A stretch of 64,000 nucleotides of DNA from an uncultured Eubacteriales bacterium (GTDB taxonomy: Bacteria; Bacillota; Clostridia; Christensenellales; CAG-138), in the NCBI GenBank assembly GCA_902789675.1, contig CADAPG010000001.1, forward strand, positions 23,859 through 87,858, in the 5' to 3' direction. Below the pieces are notes generated by a model. The model did not search any database. It was not told the origin of the DNA and worked only from the letters and a program-made list of their open reading frames with translations. This document shows, in pieces, positions 24,842 through 36,600 of this stretch (position 1 is its first letter; the number at the start of each line of letters is the position of its first letter). The translations under genes and the position numbers were made by a program.

Positions 24842-25195
24842 ATGACCGTACACGACATCATCAGTACAGCGCTTGCCGGCGAATATGAAGATATCGAAGA
24901 AGATACCGACGCGGTGCGGCATCTCATCAGATGGATGAACACACTTCTTGCGGAGTGTTTCAGCGCTGAACAGAACAGCAGACAAGCAGACGGAAAAGAA
25001 TTGCTGACGGAGATTCCTATGGTAAAGGAACTGTCCGAAGAGATACCATACAATGAAATGATGCTTCGTTTCGTTCTTCCTTACGGGATCGCGTGGAAAT
25101 ATGCTGAGCAAGATCAAGACATGAACCGCGCGCTGCAGTACCGCTCCATGTATGAGGACGCAAAGCACAGAGCAGGGGGTGCAGTATGGCTGTAA
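24842..25195 (+). CDS. Putative head-tail adaptor/connector protein (117 aa)
   Basis: Size, acidic helical composition and position after the capsid. Assigned by context only. Confidence 0.4.
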   Translation: MTVHDIISTALAGEYEDIEEDTDAVRHLIRWMNTLLAECFSAEQNSRQADGKELLTEIPMVKELSEEIPYNEMMLRFVLPYGIAWKYAEQDQDMNRALQYRSMYEDAKHRAGGAVWL

Positions 25196-27663
25196 CCGAC
25201 GTTAAAACCTATCAAGCATTTCGGGGCGTGGATTACTCTGCGTCCCCTGCTGTCATTTCAGAGGTACACGCGCAAGACATGAAGAATATGTACGTCGGGA
25301 GTGACGGCGTAATGCAGAAGCGTCCTGGATGGCATATCTGCATGACGTTTCAAGTCTCCCCGACGAATCCGACGCGGCTGCCGATCTACGGAATCCACTA
25401 CATGAGATTCGCACAGGGCAGCGGTATGCTTTTCATCCACGCAGATGATCGCTTGTATCGCGTCCTCTGTTCGCCGGAGATCCGACACGTTGACGCTGCA
25501 TCGGGCGATGTGCCGTACTATAGGACAGCAGACGATAAGCCGACGGCGGCACTTGCAGCGTGGATTGCTCGATATGTCGGAGGTATAGATGACGGATGGG
25601 AAGAATGGCAGATCCGCAACATGGATGTTGACGGTGACGGTCAAGTGACGCAAGCAGACGCGGACATCGTGACGGGGCTTGTCACAGGAGCAATCGACCC
25701 GGACACGCTTGACAGAGGTATCACGCCGAATTCGTATAAGCTCGTTCTCGATTCAGAAGGGAACGCAGCTGTTCTGAACAAGGCAAAGAGCATTGCGTTT
25801 GAGCATGACGGCAAACTGTACATCATCGACGGGAAGAAGTATTTCGTCGTAAAGCAGACCGGCAATTACCTCACCGGCGTTGACTATGTGTGCGACGAGG
25901 TCGAGGGAAAGATCCCGACGGTCAACATCAACGCGCATTATGACTACGACGATCTTAACGCGCAAGGCACGAACACGCCCGGTTCTGAGAGCAATCCCGG
26001 CGTGTGGAACGAGGGAGATAAGTACGATTCGCCGAACATGATTCAGCCGAAGCAGATCTGCACGTTTATCGCGGATAAGAACCATACCGCGTATCAGCTT
26101 ACAGGAAAAAACTGTACGGTTCATAAGGTCGAGGTTCGGAGAGAAGTAGCGTACGTGCGGAATAATGACGGCTCCTATTCTCCGTATCCCGACGTGTGGA
26201 TTGATCCGGCACCGCGAGCATACATGCTCTACAGATGGGAAGAGATTCCCGATCACGACGGAGTGGAAAGCCACAGCGAGAATCCTGCACAGATGTTCTA
26301 CAAAGTGGTGAACGGTGAGGAAGGCGGATCATCGCCGTTTATTCCTCTTCCTTTTAAGAATGTGGGAAGCAACACGACGATTTACGTCTGCAAGAACGGA
26401 ACGCAGAATCCGACAACGGATCAGCCTATGATGACCACGTTCAATCTCAAAGAAGGCGAGGCAAACATCCGCGTCACGTACACCGTTAATGACGAAGAAG
26501 AATTCGACGATGATGATAAGGACAAGACCGTCCGCGGCGCGTCCACGATTGCTAAGTGTTCTATCGTAACAAAATTCGGTTATTACAACAGGAACAGATT
26601 CTTCCTGTCTGGGAATCCCGATCACAAGAACGAGGACTACATGAGCGAGATCGACGATCCGACGTACTTCCCGAAGAACGGATGGACAAAGATCGGGTCT
26701 GAGAACACCGCGATCATGGGGTATCTTCACTACGGGTCGGAGATGGCTATTGTAAAGGAAGACAACGGCATCGACGCGACGGTGTATATGCGGTCTGCGA
26801 TCCTCACCGAAGAGAATGATATCCTCTTCCCAGTTCAGCAGGGAGCGCAGGGCGTAGGCGCGATCTCCAAGCATTGTCTTAAGACATTGAAAGACGAACC
26901 GCTGTTCCTCGCGAAAGAAGGCGTGTACGCGATCCAAGGCACGAACGCATCGCAGGAGCGCACGATCCCGAACAGATCCTTCTACATTGACAAGCGGCTG
27001 CGGAGAGAGATCGATTCGCAATGCATTGCCGAAGTGTTCCGCGATTACTACATTCTTGTGAATCCGACAACGGGTCACGCATGGGTCTGCGATTCGCGGT
27101 ATCAGAGCTTGCCGCCAGGAACGAATGACAGAAACCGCATCTATGAGTGGTACGTGTGGGATAACATCCCTGCAACCTGTATGACGGCAACGGATGATTT
27201 CCTCTACTTCGGAACAAAGGACGGACGGCTGTGCGCGTTCAATTTCGATTGGGACAATCCCAAACGGTGGACGGACGGCGCGGAGTATGTCAACGGTTCG
27301 ACCAAGCTGCACAAGTGGCATCCGTACGATTACGGGTATCAGATCGAAGCGTACTATATCACGAAGCGCGATCATCTCAGCGCAATGGATTACAAGAAGA
27401 CCATGCTGAACGACGGCGGCGTGATCACGCTTCAGCCGCACGATCAAAGCTCTGCGAGTATTGTTGTATCGACGGACAAAGGATCATGGTTTGTGGATCA
27501 TATTCAAACGGATTCTGACGAGCCGTCCGTGGTGATCCCGATCAGGAAGCGATTCAAGAACTTCGATTCGATTGAAACGCGCATCGAGAACAAAGAGATC
27601 CGCGAAGGGCTGTCCATCCTTGGATTACAGTACAGATATTATCTGACTACGAATAGGAGATAA
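25186..27663 (+). CDS. Large virion protein (825 aa), candidate tail tube/nozzle-type protein, carrying a dockerin-like Ca-binding segment
   Basis: Overlaps the upstream stop. aa 101-170 contain TAALAAWIARYVGG...DVDGDGQVTQADADIVTGLVTG. The rest is beta-rich with no recognised motif. Confidence 0.6.
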   Translation: MAVTDVKTYQAFRGVDYSASPAVISEVHAQDMKNMYVGSDGVMQKRPGWHICMTFQVSPTNPTRLPIYGIHYMRFAQGSGMLFIHADDRLYRVLCSPEIRHVDAASGDVPYYRTADDKPTAALAAWIARYVGGIDDGWEEWQIRNMDVDGDGQVTQADADIVTGLVTGAIDPDTLDRGITPNSYKLVLDSEGNAAVLNKAKSIAFEHDGKLYIIDGKKYFVVKQTGNYLTGVDYVCDEVEGKIPTVNINAHYDYDDLNAQGTNTPGSESNPGVWNEGDKYDSPNMIQPKQICTFIADKNHTAYQLTGKNCTVHKVEVRREVAYVRNNDGSYSPYPDVWIDPAPRAYMLYRWEEIPDHDGVESHSENPAQMFYKVVNGEEGGSSPFIPLPFKNVGSNTTIYVCKNGTQNPTTDQPMMTTFNLKEGEANIRVTYTVNDEEEFDDDDKDKTVRGASTIAKCSIVTKFGYYNRNRFFLSGNPDHKNEDYMSEIDDPTYFPKNGWTKIGSENTAIMGYLHYGSEMAIVKEDNGIDATVYMRSAILTEENDILFPVQQGAQGVGAISKHCLKTLKDEPLFLAKEGVYAIQGTNASQERTIPNRSFYIDKRLRREIDSQCIAEVFRDYYILVNPTTGHAWVCDSRYQSLPPGTNDRNRIYEWYVWDNIPATCMTATDDFLYFGTKDGRLCAFNFDWDNPKRWTDGAEYVNGSTKLHKWHPYDYGYQIEAYYITKRDHLSAMDYKKTMLNDGGVITLQPHDQSSASIVVSTDKGSWFVDHIQTDSDEPSVVIPIRKRFKNFDSIETRIENKEIREGLSILGLQYRYYLTTNRR

Positions 27664-27664
27664 C

Positions 27665-30600
27665 ATGGCAACGATTGATGACATCCTTAAAAAGTATCAG
27701 AAGGCTCTGACGAAGAAACAGATCGAAGACCTGATTCAGAAGAGCGAGCAGTACAAGTTGCTCAACGCCGGTAACAGAGCGAACGCGCAGACGCAGCTTG
27801 CGAAGCAGTACCGTCAGACGCGTCGCGGGCTTCAGAACGTAGGCTTGGCAGGGCGCGAAGGGAAACTTATCAGCGGACGCGAAATCAGCGTAAAAGACGC
27901 GTACAGAAACGCATACGGCACGTACAATCAACAGCTTCAGCAGGGCGAGAACGCGATGATCGAACAGGCAGCAGCGAAGAAAGCGGCTGCCAATGCAAGA
28001 GCGCGTCAGCAGCAAGCGGAACAGCAGCAGAAGGCGATCGAATACGAACAGGAGCGGCTCAATCAGGAGCAGATTACAGATCCGCGTCTTGAGCGTGAAA
28101 AGCCTACGCGAGAAGATAAGGAATATTCAGCTCTTGTGAATTACAATCCGTTCAATCACAGCGCGGATGAGAACGTGAACTATTATTTGAAGATCGCAGA
28201 GCAGAACGGCATGAAGGGCGTTGAGGCGAACCGCTATGCTGTGTCGATGGCAGCAGAAGTGGCAAACAGAAAAGGTGCCGCTGCCGAAGCGATCCAGCCG
28301 CATGGTCTGAAACCGAATCAGGAGCAGATTCAGAAGAATCTCCCTTCCCTTCGTTTCGCACAAGACTATGGAGTTAATCTGATGAAGCTGAAGCAGGAAG
28401 ATCCTGCGATGGCACAGACCATCGAAGACGATGTCAAATACTGGTATGACTTCATCGATGAAAAGTCTGAGTTTTGGAGCAACGCGATCCGCAATAAGAC
28501 AAAGGATTATCATTCTGCGCTACAGATGCAAGCGAATGCGTATGCGGCACTTGCGAAACTGTCGCTTGCGGCGAAGGCTCCTGCCGAGCAGCGGCAATAC
28601 TATCTGATGTCCGACGCTGAATTCGACACGGCGTATGATGCTGCGGAGAGAGCGTATACGCGCGCCGAGCAGGAATATCAGATTGCAAAGAAGGACAGCT
28701 CCAGCACGATGGATGATGTCATTTCGGAACCGAAAGCTGCGCTTGAAAAGGCAATGCAAATGAAGAATCTGATGGATCAGATCAAGGCGAACAGGGCAAG
28801 CAATTCGACGGTAAATCTGCTTGCGTATCAGATGCAGATTCCCGAATCCGCAAAGACAAAGGACAAAGAGTACGCATCGACAAGAGAATATGTGGACGAG
28901 AATCAAGCCGCCGGGAAGATCACATTAAAAACAAAGGATTGGACGCTTAAAATCAATCCTTGGACAGAGAACCCGTCGCAAAACTGGGCTGCTGTTCGTG
29001 ACATCGGATGGTCTGCTGACGATTTCGCAAGGACACACGATGTCAAAGGCTCAAGGTATTCTGCGTTAATTAACGAGTGGTCACTTATTTGTGGGAGAAT
29101 CGCTTCGCTGTTTGGAGCAAATCAGTATTTTGCTACGGATAAAGATTTCGTTGGCGCGTCCTTGGATTACATTCAGGCATTGTTCGGCGCGAACCGAGCC
29201 GATACGGATGTCAATTACAAGTGGTTCCGTGACCAATGTCTGATGGCGTTTCGCGGAAACTACGACGATACCGGCTCCGATGCGCAGAAGGAACAGATGG
29301 ATGCCATGCTGACGCTTGCGAACCTCATGACGGACGAGGAGCGCGCGCGTTTCAACGCATTGCTTGATACGATGGGAGCAAGGGCAGCTGACGAGTATTT
29401 TGACCTTCTGTACAAAACCGTGCTTCCCGAAAGATTCACGTCGTATGTGTCGGATTACAATGCTGAATACATGGAAGATCTGCCCGGTATTGCAAAACCT
29501 GCGTTGAGCGTCACGAGTGTACTTCCGTCGCTTACGCAGGGCATTCCCGGTATTGCTCACGCGTACAGCACGAATCAGCAAGATCCTGCCGCGGCGCGTG
29601 TTTCTGCGATGCGATACAACCAAGCACAGAACATTCGGAATGCGCGTATGCAGAAATTCGGCAAATTCGGTCAGTTTGCATACGGCACGACGATGAGTAT
29701 GTGGGACTCATACTTTGTCGCAGCTATTACAGGCGGTTTGGGAAAAGCGTTTGCGGCAGCCGGTGTACCTACGGCAGTAAATATCGGCGGCAAGACCGTA
29801 AACATTGCAGAAAAGGCGGCGAGTGTTATTGGAGGTTCCCTACTTGGTGCGTCCGCGTATAACTCCACGTATCAGGAAGGTCTTGAGAGAGGCTTGACCC
29901 CCGAAAAGGCGCGGATGACGGCATTGGGTTCCGGCATCAACGAGATGCTGTTTGAATCGCTGTCGTTGGATATGCTCGTTGGTCATTTCCAAAAGGGCGG
30001 TATGCTCAAGGCATCGAAGAAGGCATTTGTGAACTGGATCGTCAACACCTTGGTGCAGGGTGGCGTTGAAGGTTCCGAAGAGGTCTTCACCGATATCGGC
30101 AATAATCTGTGGGACAAAATGGTCAACGGAATCTATTCCGAAGAGCTGACGAAGATCCGCGAGTATGTATCGCAGGGCATGACGCTTGAGGAAGCAAAGC
30201 GAAAAGTCAGCGGTGAATTCGCAGCGCAGTTGGGCATGAGCTTTGGCGGCGGCTTTGCATCCGGCGGCGTGATGGGCGGCGGTTCTACGTTCATGGGCAT
30301 GGTGCAGAATCGCGGAAACGAGAAGGTCGGCAAGTCGCTTGACAGCGGTCTGCGGTCGAAGATCGACGGCTTCCAATTCAAGGACAAACAGATGCAAGAG
30401 CTTCAAAAGCAGAGCAAAAAGACGAACCAAGACTACGGCGTTTTGCTTCAGGGATATCTTGCTGAAAAGTACGGACAGTTTGAAGGCAACGTGCAGCAAG
30501 CGGTCAAGGACGGCACGATCACGAATGAGGACGCGGCTCTGCTGGATAAGTGGCAGAAGGGCGAGGTCACCGCAGACGAGATGCAGACCGTCAACGAAAC

Positions 30601-33600
30601 GCTTGCGAAGCTGGACATCAAGCCGCTGCTGGAGATTGCACAAGCGCAGGAATCCATTCGGTTTAACCAGCAAGTAGGCGTGAAGAATGCCGAGAACCTG
30701 CGTGCGTGGGAGACGAAGCATAACGAAGCGCAGAAACAGCATGACGAGGAAGTCGCAAAGATCGAAGCGGACGATTCTTTGACCGATGCGCAGAAGGAGC
30801 AGAAGAAAGCCGAAGCGTATCAGAAGATGACCGAGGCGCAGAGCAGAGCCGGGGACGAACTGTCAGCAAAGGTCGGCAGGAAGATCGACATCAAGGTTGA
30901 GAAAGACGGCACGACGGTCAGGACGAAGAAGGGGTCCGGCAAGGTTACCTTTGATTTCAGTACCTACAATAACGGTAAGGCCGAGAATCACAACACGGTC
31001 GAAACGATGACCGAGCGCGAACGGGCAGCACTGCGGATCGCGCAGGTGGTCGCTGCGCTGAACGGTACGAACATCAAGGTCGAAGCGCAGTTTACGTCGC
31101 GAACGCTGAAGGACGGAACGGTCGAGGATCTCAAAGACAAGAACGGCTATTATGATGAGGACACGGACACGATCCACGTCAACCTGAACGGTACGAACAG
31201 CGTACTATGGACGATTTCGCACGAACTGACGCACCGTCTTGCGACGATGAACAAGAAGGGCTACGCAGAGCTGCATGACGCGATTAAGACCGAGCTGACG
31301 AAGGAGAACCTGACGTATTCCGAGGTGCAAACGCTGGAGCATTCGTATCAAATCGACAAGCTGCAGACGTATCTGAATAAGGGTATGAACCTTTGGGATG
31401 CGCTCGTTGCGTATGAAACGGACAGAGGGTATAAGGGCGCCGCGGCAGAGGAAGAAGTGATCGCCCGGTGCTGCGAACAATTCCTTGCAAAGACGACGTT
31501 CATAAACAGCTTTGCGAATAAGCACTTCCGCACCGCAAGGTCTGTTTCCGCATTCCTGACGCGCATGAACGCGGACATGCAGCAGCTTTTCTCGGACGTC
31601 AATATGCGCAGCACGCGGGCGGCGACCACGCGGAACGAGCTGGGATATTTTGAAACGTGGAATACCGACGTATCCCCGGAACAGGACATTCTGAATCAGG
31701 TCGACACGCTGGACGATATAGCCCGGAAGTGGGAGAACGCGGTCAAGATGGTCGATCAGAAGCGCAAGGCGAAGGAAAGCGCGAAAGCGGAGAGCGTGAA
31801 AGCGTCGACTATGGATAAGTCCTGGGTTTCCAGCTACCCGTCAACAAGGATCGATTATAAGGAAAAGTCGAGTTATTCACCGTACATGCAGCATGTCATT
31901 ACGGAATACATGGGCGCTGTTGATGATCGGCTTGTGCAGTTTGCAAAAAAAGTTGTAAATGGACAGTATGTAAAACCTGTTGAGTTAAAGAATGTATCAA
32001 ACGAACTTGGTGCAGATATTGAGAAACTTTTGGGATGGAATCCTGCTGGATATAAAACAATCATTGAATCAAGGATAGGAGAACACATAAGGAAAAGACA
32101 CGGTCTTGGCGGCTATGTTAGTGGTAGACAATCTGATATGTCTATGGCTGATTATAATGATTTTGCACGCATGCAGTTTATCATTGATAATTACGACACT
32201 ATTCAAGTTGGAAAAGCGACAACTGCATACAGAGAAATGCAACCGGGTTCTGATAACGTTCAGTTAAAAGCTGAAACGATTGTACTCGGTAAGCGCATTA
32301 ACAGTATGTACTATGTTGCAGAAGCTATTCCGAATACGTCTGATAAGACGGTAGCGATTATGTCTGCGTATATACGCGACGTTGATGTCACGAAAAAAGG
32401 AGCTGTGCCGGTCCGCGATACAAAATACGTCCCGCGGTCCACGTCCAAGACCGAAGCGGCTCTAACTCCTAAGCCTATTATACACGATAGGGAAGCAGAA
32501 TACAATAGCAAATTACGGAAAAACAGCACGCAGGACAAGGACTTCCACCTGACGCAGCGCGCCGGAGAGCAGCGCGTGTTTGAGATGCGCGGCACGACAG
32601 CGAACGTGTACGGCAGCAGCGTCGAACTGGAGGGCGGCACGCTTCTGAACCGTGTGCGAATGATGCAGAACCTTGCCGAGATGTACGGCTCCGTCACCGT
32701 GACCGCGACGAGCGAAAAGGAAGCGCAGGCGTTTGAGAAAGCCGGCGCGCAGCGCGAGGCCGACACGTTCGGAAATACCAAATACGGCACGTGGGCGTTT
32801 GAACACCAGGAGGACCAGTACCGGAAGGATACGGAGTACGACGCGAAGCAGAAGCGGAACTTTGCGAACGCGGTCATGAAAGAGGTCGGAACGTACCGGA
32901 ACTTCTCTAAGGACGATATGCGAATCATCCGCGCAAAGCTGGAAAAGGCGTTTGCTGTGCTGCACAACGCATGGCACGGCGACGGCGATCAGCTCGTCGC
33001 GTGGGAGTACGCGGACAGACTATTTGATCAGATCCTGAATCGCTACACCGAAATGACCGAAGCGGACGCCGAGATGCGCGAAGCGATCCTTGCCGAGATG
33101 CCGCGTAAGACCGATGCGAAGGGCCGCGTGTATCGTGAGATCGAGGTTACCGCTGCGCAGATGGCTGAGATCCGGACCGCGTATGAAAGCGTAGCAGAGT
33201 ATAACCGTGCGCTTTCCAAAGCGCTGGGTACGCGTGTGGTCGTCAAGGAAACGGAAAACGCGCAGACGCTGGAGGACGTCTTCGCAAGCAATCCATACCT
33301 TGACGCACAGACGAACGAGGGCGACATGCCGATGGTGCTGCTGGACCGCGCACAGGAAACGGTCGGCAAGCGCACAAACCCGTATAAGGCAGAGAGCGCA
33401 GAGCGGGCGGCACTGAAGGAAGCCATGTTTGAAAAGGCGTTGGGCATTGTCGGGATCGAGAAATCCACGACGCAGAAAGTCCGTGAAGCGGTCAGGGAGG
33501 CACGGGCGGAAGAACGCGCAAAGGCCAAGGAAGAAGCGGAAAAGAAAAAGCTGGCAGAACAGATGGAACGTGGAAGATTCCGCGCAAAGGTTCGTCGAGA

Positions 33601-36600
33601 AGAACACGCATGGTACGAAAATGTGCTGAACAAGATGAAAGAGGTCAAGTATTCCGAAGACGAGCAGGTGAAGAAAGACTTTTTGAAAATCGCAAAAACG
33701 AACTATCAGCGTCTTGTAAATATGCTTGCAAATCCTACAGAAGCAAGTCATATTCCTGTTCAGCTTGCGCGTCAGGTGTCGGAATTCTGCCTTGCGTTGA
33801 ACGATCTTATGGATGCCGATATGAGCAAGAAAGCGGATTCGCTTGCTGATGCAAAAATGAGCAAGCGTGGCGTAATCAACATGGACAAGCTGATCGACGC
33901 ATATAAACAGACCTTTGCTGACAAGGACACGATAGAACAGGCAACGCGAGAGAATCCCGGCTACGACCCGAGAGGTTCGTTCCTCGATATGTCGATGTAT
34001 GACGAAACGCTTGTACAGATGATGGAAGGGCTGAACGAACTGCTTAAAGGCAAGACCGTCAAGCAGATGGATAATTACGAACTGCGTGCATTGATGTACA
34101 CGGTGCGCGGCGTTCTTAATGCCGTTTATGACGCAAACAAGGCAACGGTCAAGGGAGAGAAGCGGTTTGTCTATAAAATCGCGGAAAAGATGGTTTCCGA
34201 ATTGCAGAAAGCAAACGTGTTCGGAAAGAAACAGAACGCGATTACTCGATTCTTGAATCAGTATACTATTGAATCTCTCGGCCTTCGCAGAATCGCAAAA
34301 ATCTATTCTAATTCCGACGAGAATTCTGAATTCGTGAAGCTGGTCGATGATCTGAACGAAGGCGCAATAGAGGTTGAGCGCATTGCTCTTGCGCTGCGAA
34401 AGATGTTTGATCCTGTCACGACGCGGTACGCGAAGGACATGAAAACGTGGTACGGCAAGAACGCGGAATGGATCGACATTGGCAACGGTGTGAAGATCAC
34501 AAAGGGTATGCGCGTATCGTTGGCAATGCACTTGCTGAACGAGCAGAATCTTCGTAATCTTACGGAACGCGGCGTAACGATTCCAAATCAAGCAGACTAC
34601 AAACGCGGCGATTATGAACAGGCATACACGAACGGAACGATCGTCAGGATGACAAAGGAACAAGCAAAAAAGATCGTGTCCGAGATGACAGAAGCGGAGA
34701 AGGCGTACTTTGAAGTAGCAAAGGAATTCTTCCATAAACGCGCAGGGTATTACATCAATCGGACGAGCTTAAAGATGCTTGGCTACGCAAAGGCAATTGT
34801 CGAGAATTACTTCCCGATTCAGGTTGACGATGCGTACAAGATGATTCAGTATGACGCAAAAACCTTTGGGAAGAATGCAGCAGTTGAACATCCGGGATTC
34901 CTTGAATCCCGTAAAGGGACGTCGAACGTTATGTACTTAAACGACATCACTGCGGTCGTAAATCGGCAGATTAACGGTGTTGCAAAGTATGCAGGTTTGG
35001 CAATTCCGATGCGAAATTGGAACGCGGTCATGAATCAATGGATGTGGCATGAAGACGCAAACAAGAATTGGGTTGCGGATAAGGGCAATGTCCATACAGA
35101 ACTGAAGAAGCAGATGGGTGTTGCGCAATTTGGAAAGTCCGAGCAGGGCAGACGCGCAATGGTATCGTTTGTAGATCAGTTTATAGAAGACCTTGCGGGT
35201 GCCTCTATCAACAATGCGAATGAGTATGTATCTGCTGCTACGTTAGGACAAAAGCTGACATCGAACTATGTCAAGGCGGTCCTTACTCTGAATGCGAGAG
35301 TTGCATTGTCACAGCTTGCATCCGTGCCTACGGCGGCAGCGGAGATTCCGTGGAAGTACATCGTGCAATCGTTCGGCGGCAATGTCGAGCAACACCTGAA
35401 CCGCAATGCAAGCAACGAGCTGATCGATATGTACACGCCGTTGTTCGCAATGCGTAGAGCTGGCACGCAGACCGAGGTATCCGAGGTCATGAAGCGCAAA
35501 GGTCTGTCCGAAAAAGCCGAGCAGAAACTTCCGTGGGCGTTGGGATGGATCACCGCAATGGATACTGCAGCAACGAGAAGGTTATGGTACGCTTGCGAAC
35601 GGTGGGTGAAGGGCGAAACCAATATCCCGGTCGGATCGGACGAATTCTACAAGGAAGTTGCGAAGCGGTATGAGCGAGTGATTCAGAACACGCAGCCGAA
35701 CTTTACGGTGCTTCAGCGTTCACCTGCGCTTCGGAGCAAGAACGCAGCGGCGCGGATCATCACGATGTTCGGTACGCAGAGAATGCAGAACGCAGGCGTG
35801 TTTATCGAATCCGCTGCCGAAGTCATTCAAGCAAAGGACAAGGCAACTCGCAAGGCAGCTCTGAAGAAATTCGGCAGAACGCTTTCGGGTCTTGTCACGG
35901 CGGCAATCGTCATCGGTCTTGAACGCGCAATCGTGTCCGCGATCCGTGGGCGCATGAAACCGCTTCAGGACAAGGATAAGGATGTCACAAGGGATAGTGT
36001 TGACAAGTATATCCGCGGAGAGATCGGAAAATCTCTTGCAGGTTCGTTCATGTATGTCGGTGAAATCTACGATTTCGTAAACGGAATTGTAAGCGGCTTC
36101 ACAGACAACGATACCTACGATCAGAGCTTTGCGCTCCCGGCATCTGAAGCGATTTCGGAGATAATTAAATTCTGTAAGGACGCTATTCCGTTCATGCTCA
36201 ATATCAACGCAGTAGACGAGAACGGCAAACCGAAGTACGATGATCACCAAAAGTGGCTGAAGACAAAGACCTTCATCAATGGTCTTATGACTGTTGCCTC
36301 GTATTCGACAGGACTACCGTTTGCAAATGCATCGAAGACGCTTCTGAATGGCATTCATCCGGGCTGGCATGACATCGTTGACGCTTTCAAGACGGGCGAA
36401 CTGATTCCGTGGCTGCATCAATCCGGCAGACTGGACAGCGCAAGCACGGCGGCGAACTACAAGGAATGGACGAACCTTGGCAAGAAGGGCAGCACGTACT
36501 TCTACTGGGAAAAGAAGTACAAAGAGATCAAAGGCGACAAGAATCAGCCGAACGTGGACACGCTTGCATCGAAACTGATGGCAGACCGGGATCTCACACC

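Noticed and set aside
31148-31165. YDEDTD (DxDxD-like) motif in the giant protein as a possible virion RNA polymerase catalytic motif (crAss/N4 analogy)
   Set aside because: It sits 20 aa upstream of an HExxH helix in a pattern typical of small zincins, and nothing else resembles double-psi-barrel or T7-like polymerase motifs.
33020-34735. 571-aa minus-strand ORF, plus other long minus-strand ORFs at 22138-22920, 23000-24190, 26329-27447, 29840-30742 and 32311-32967
   Set aside because: All are antisense to phage structural genes that have RBSs, coupling and recognisable motifs. They are Arg/Leu/Cys/His-rich shadow frames.
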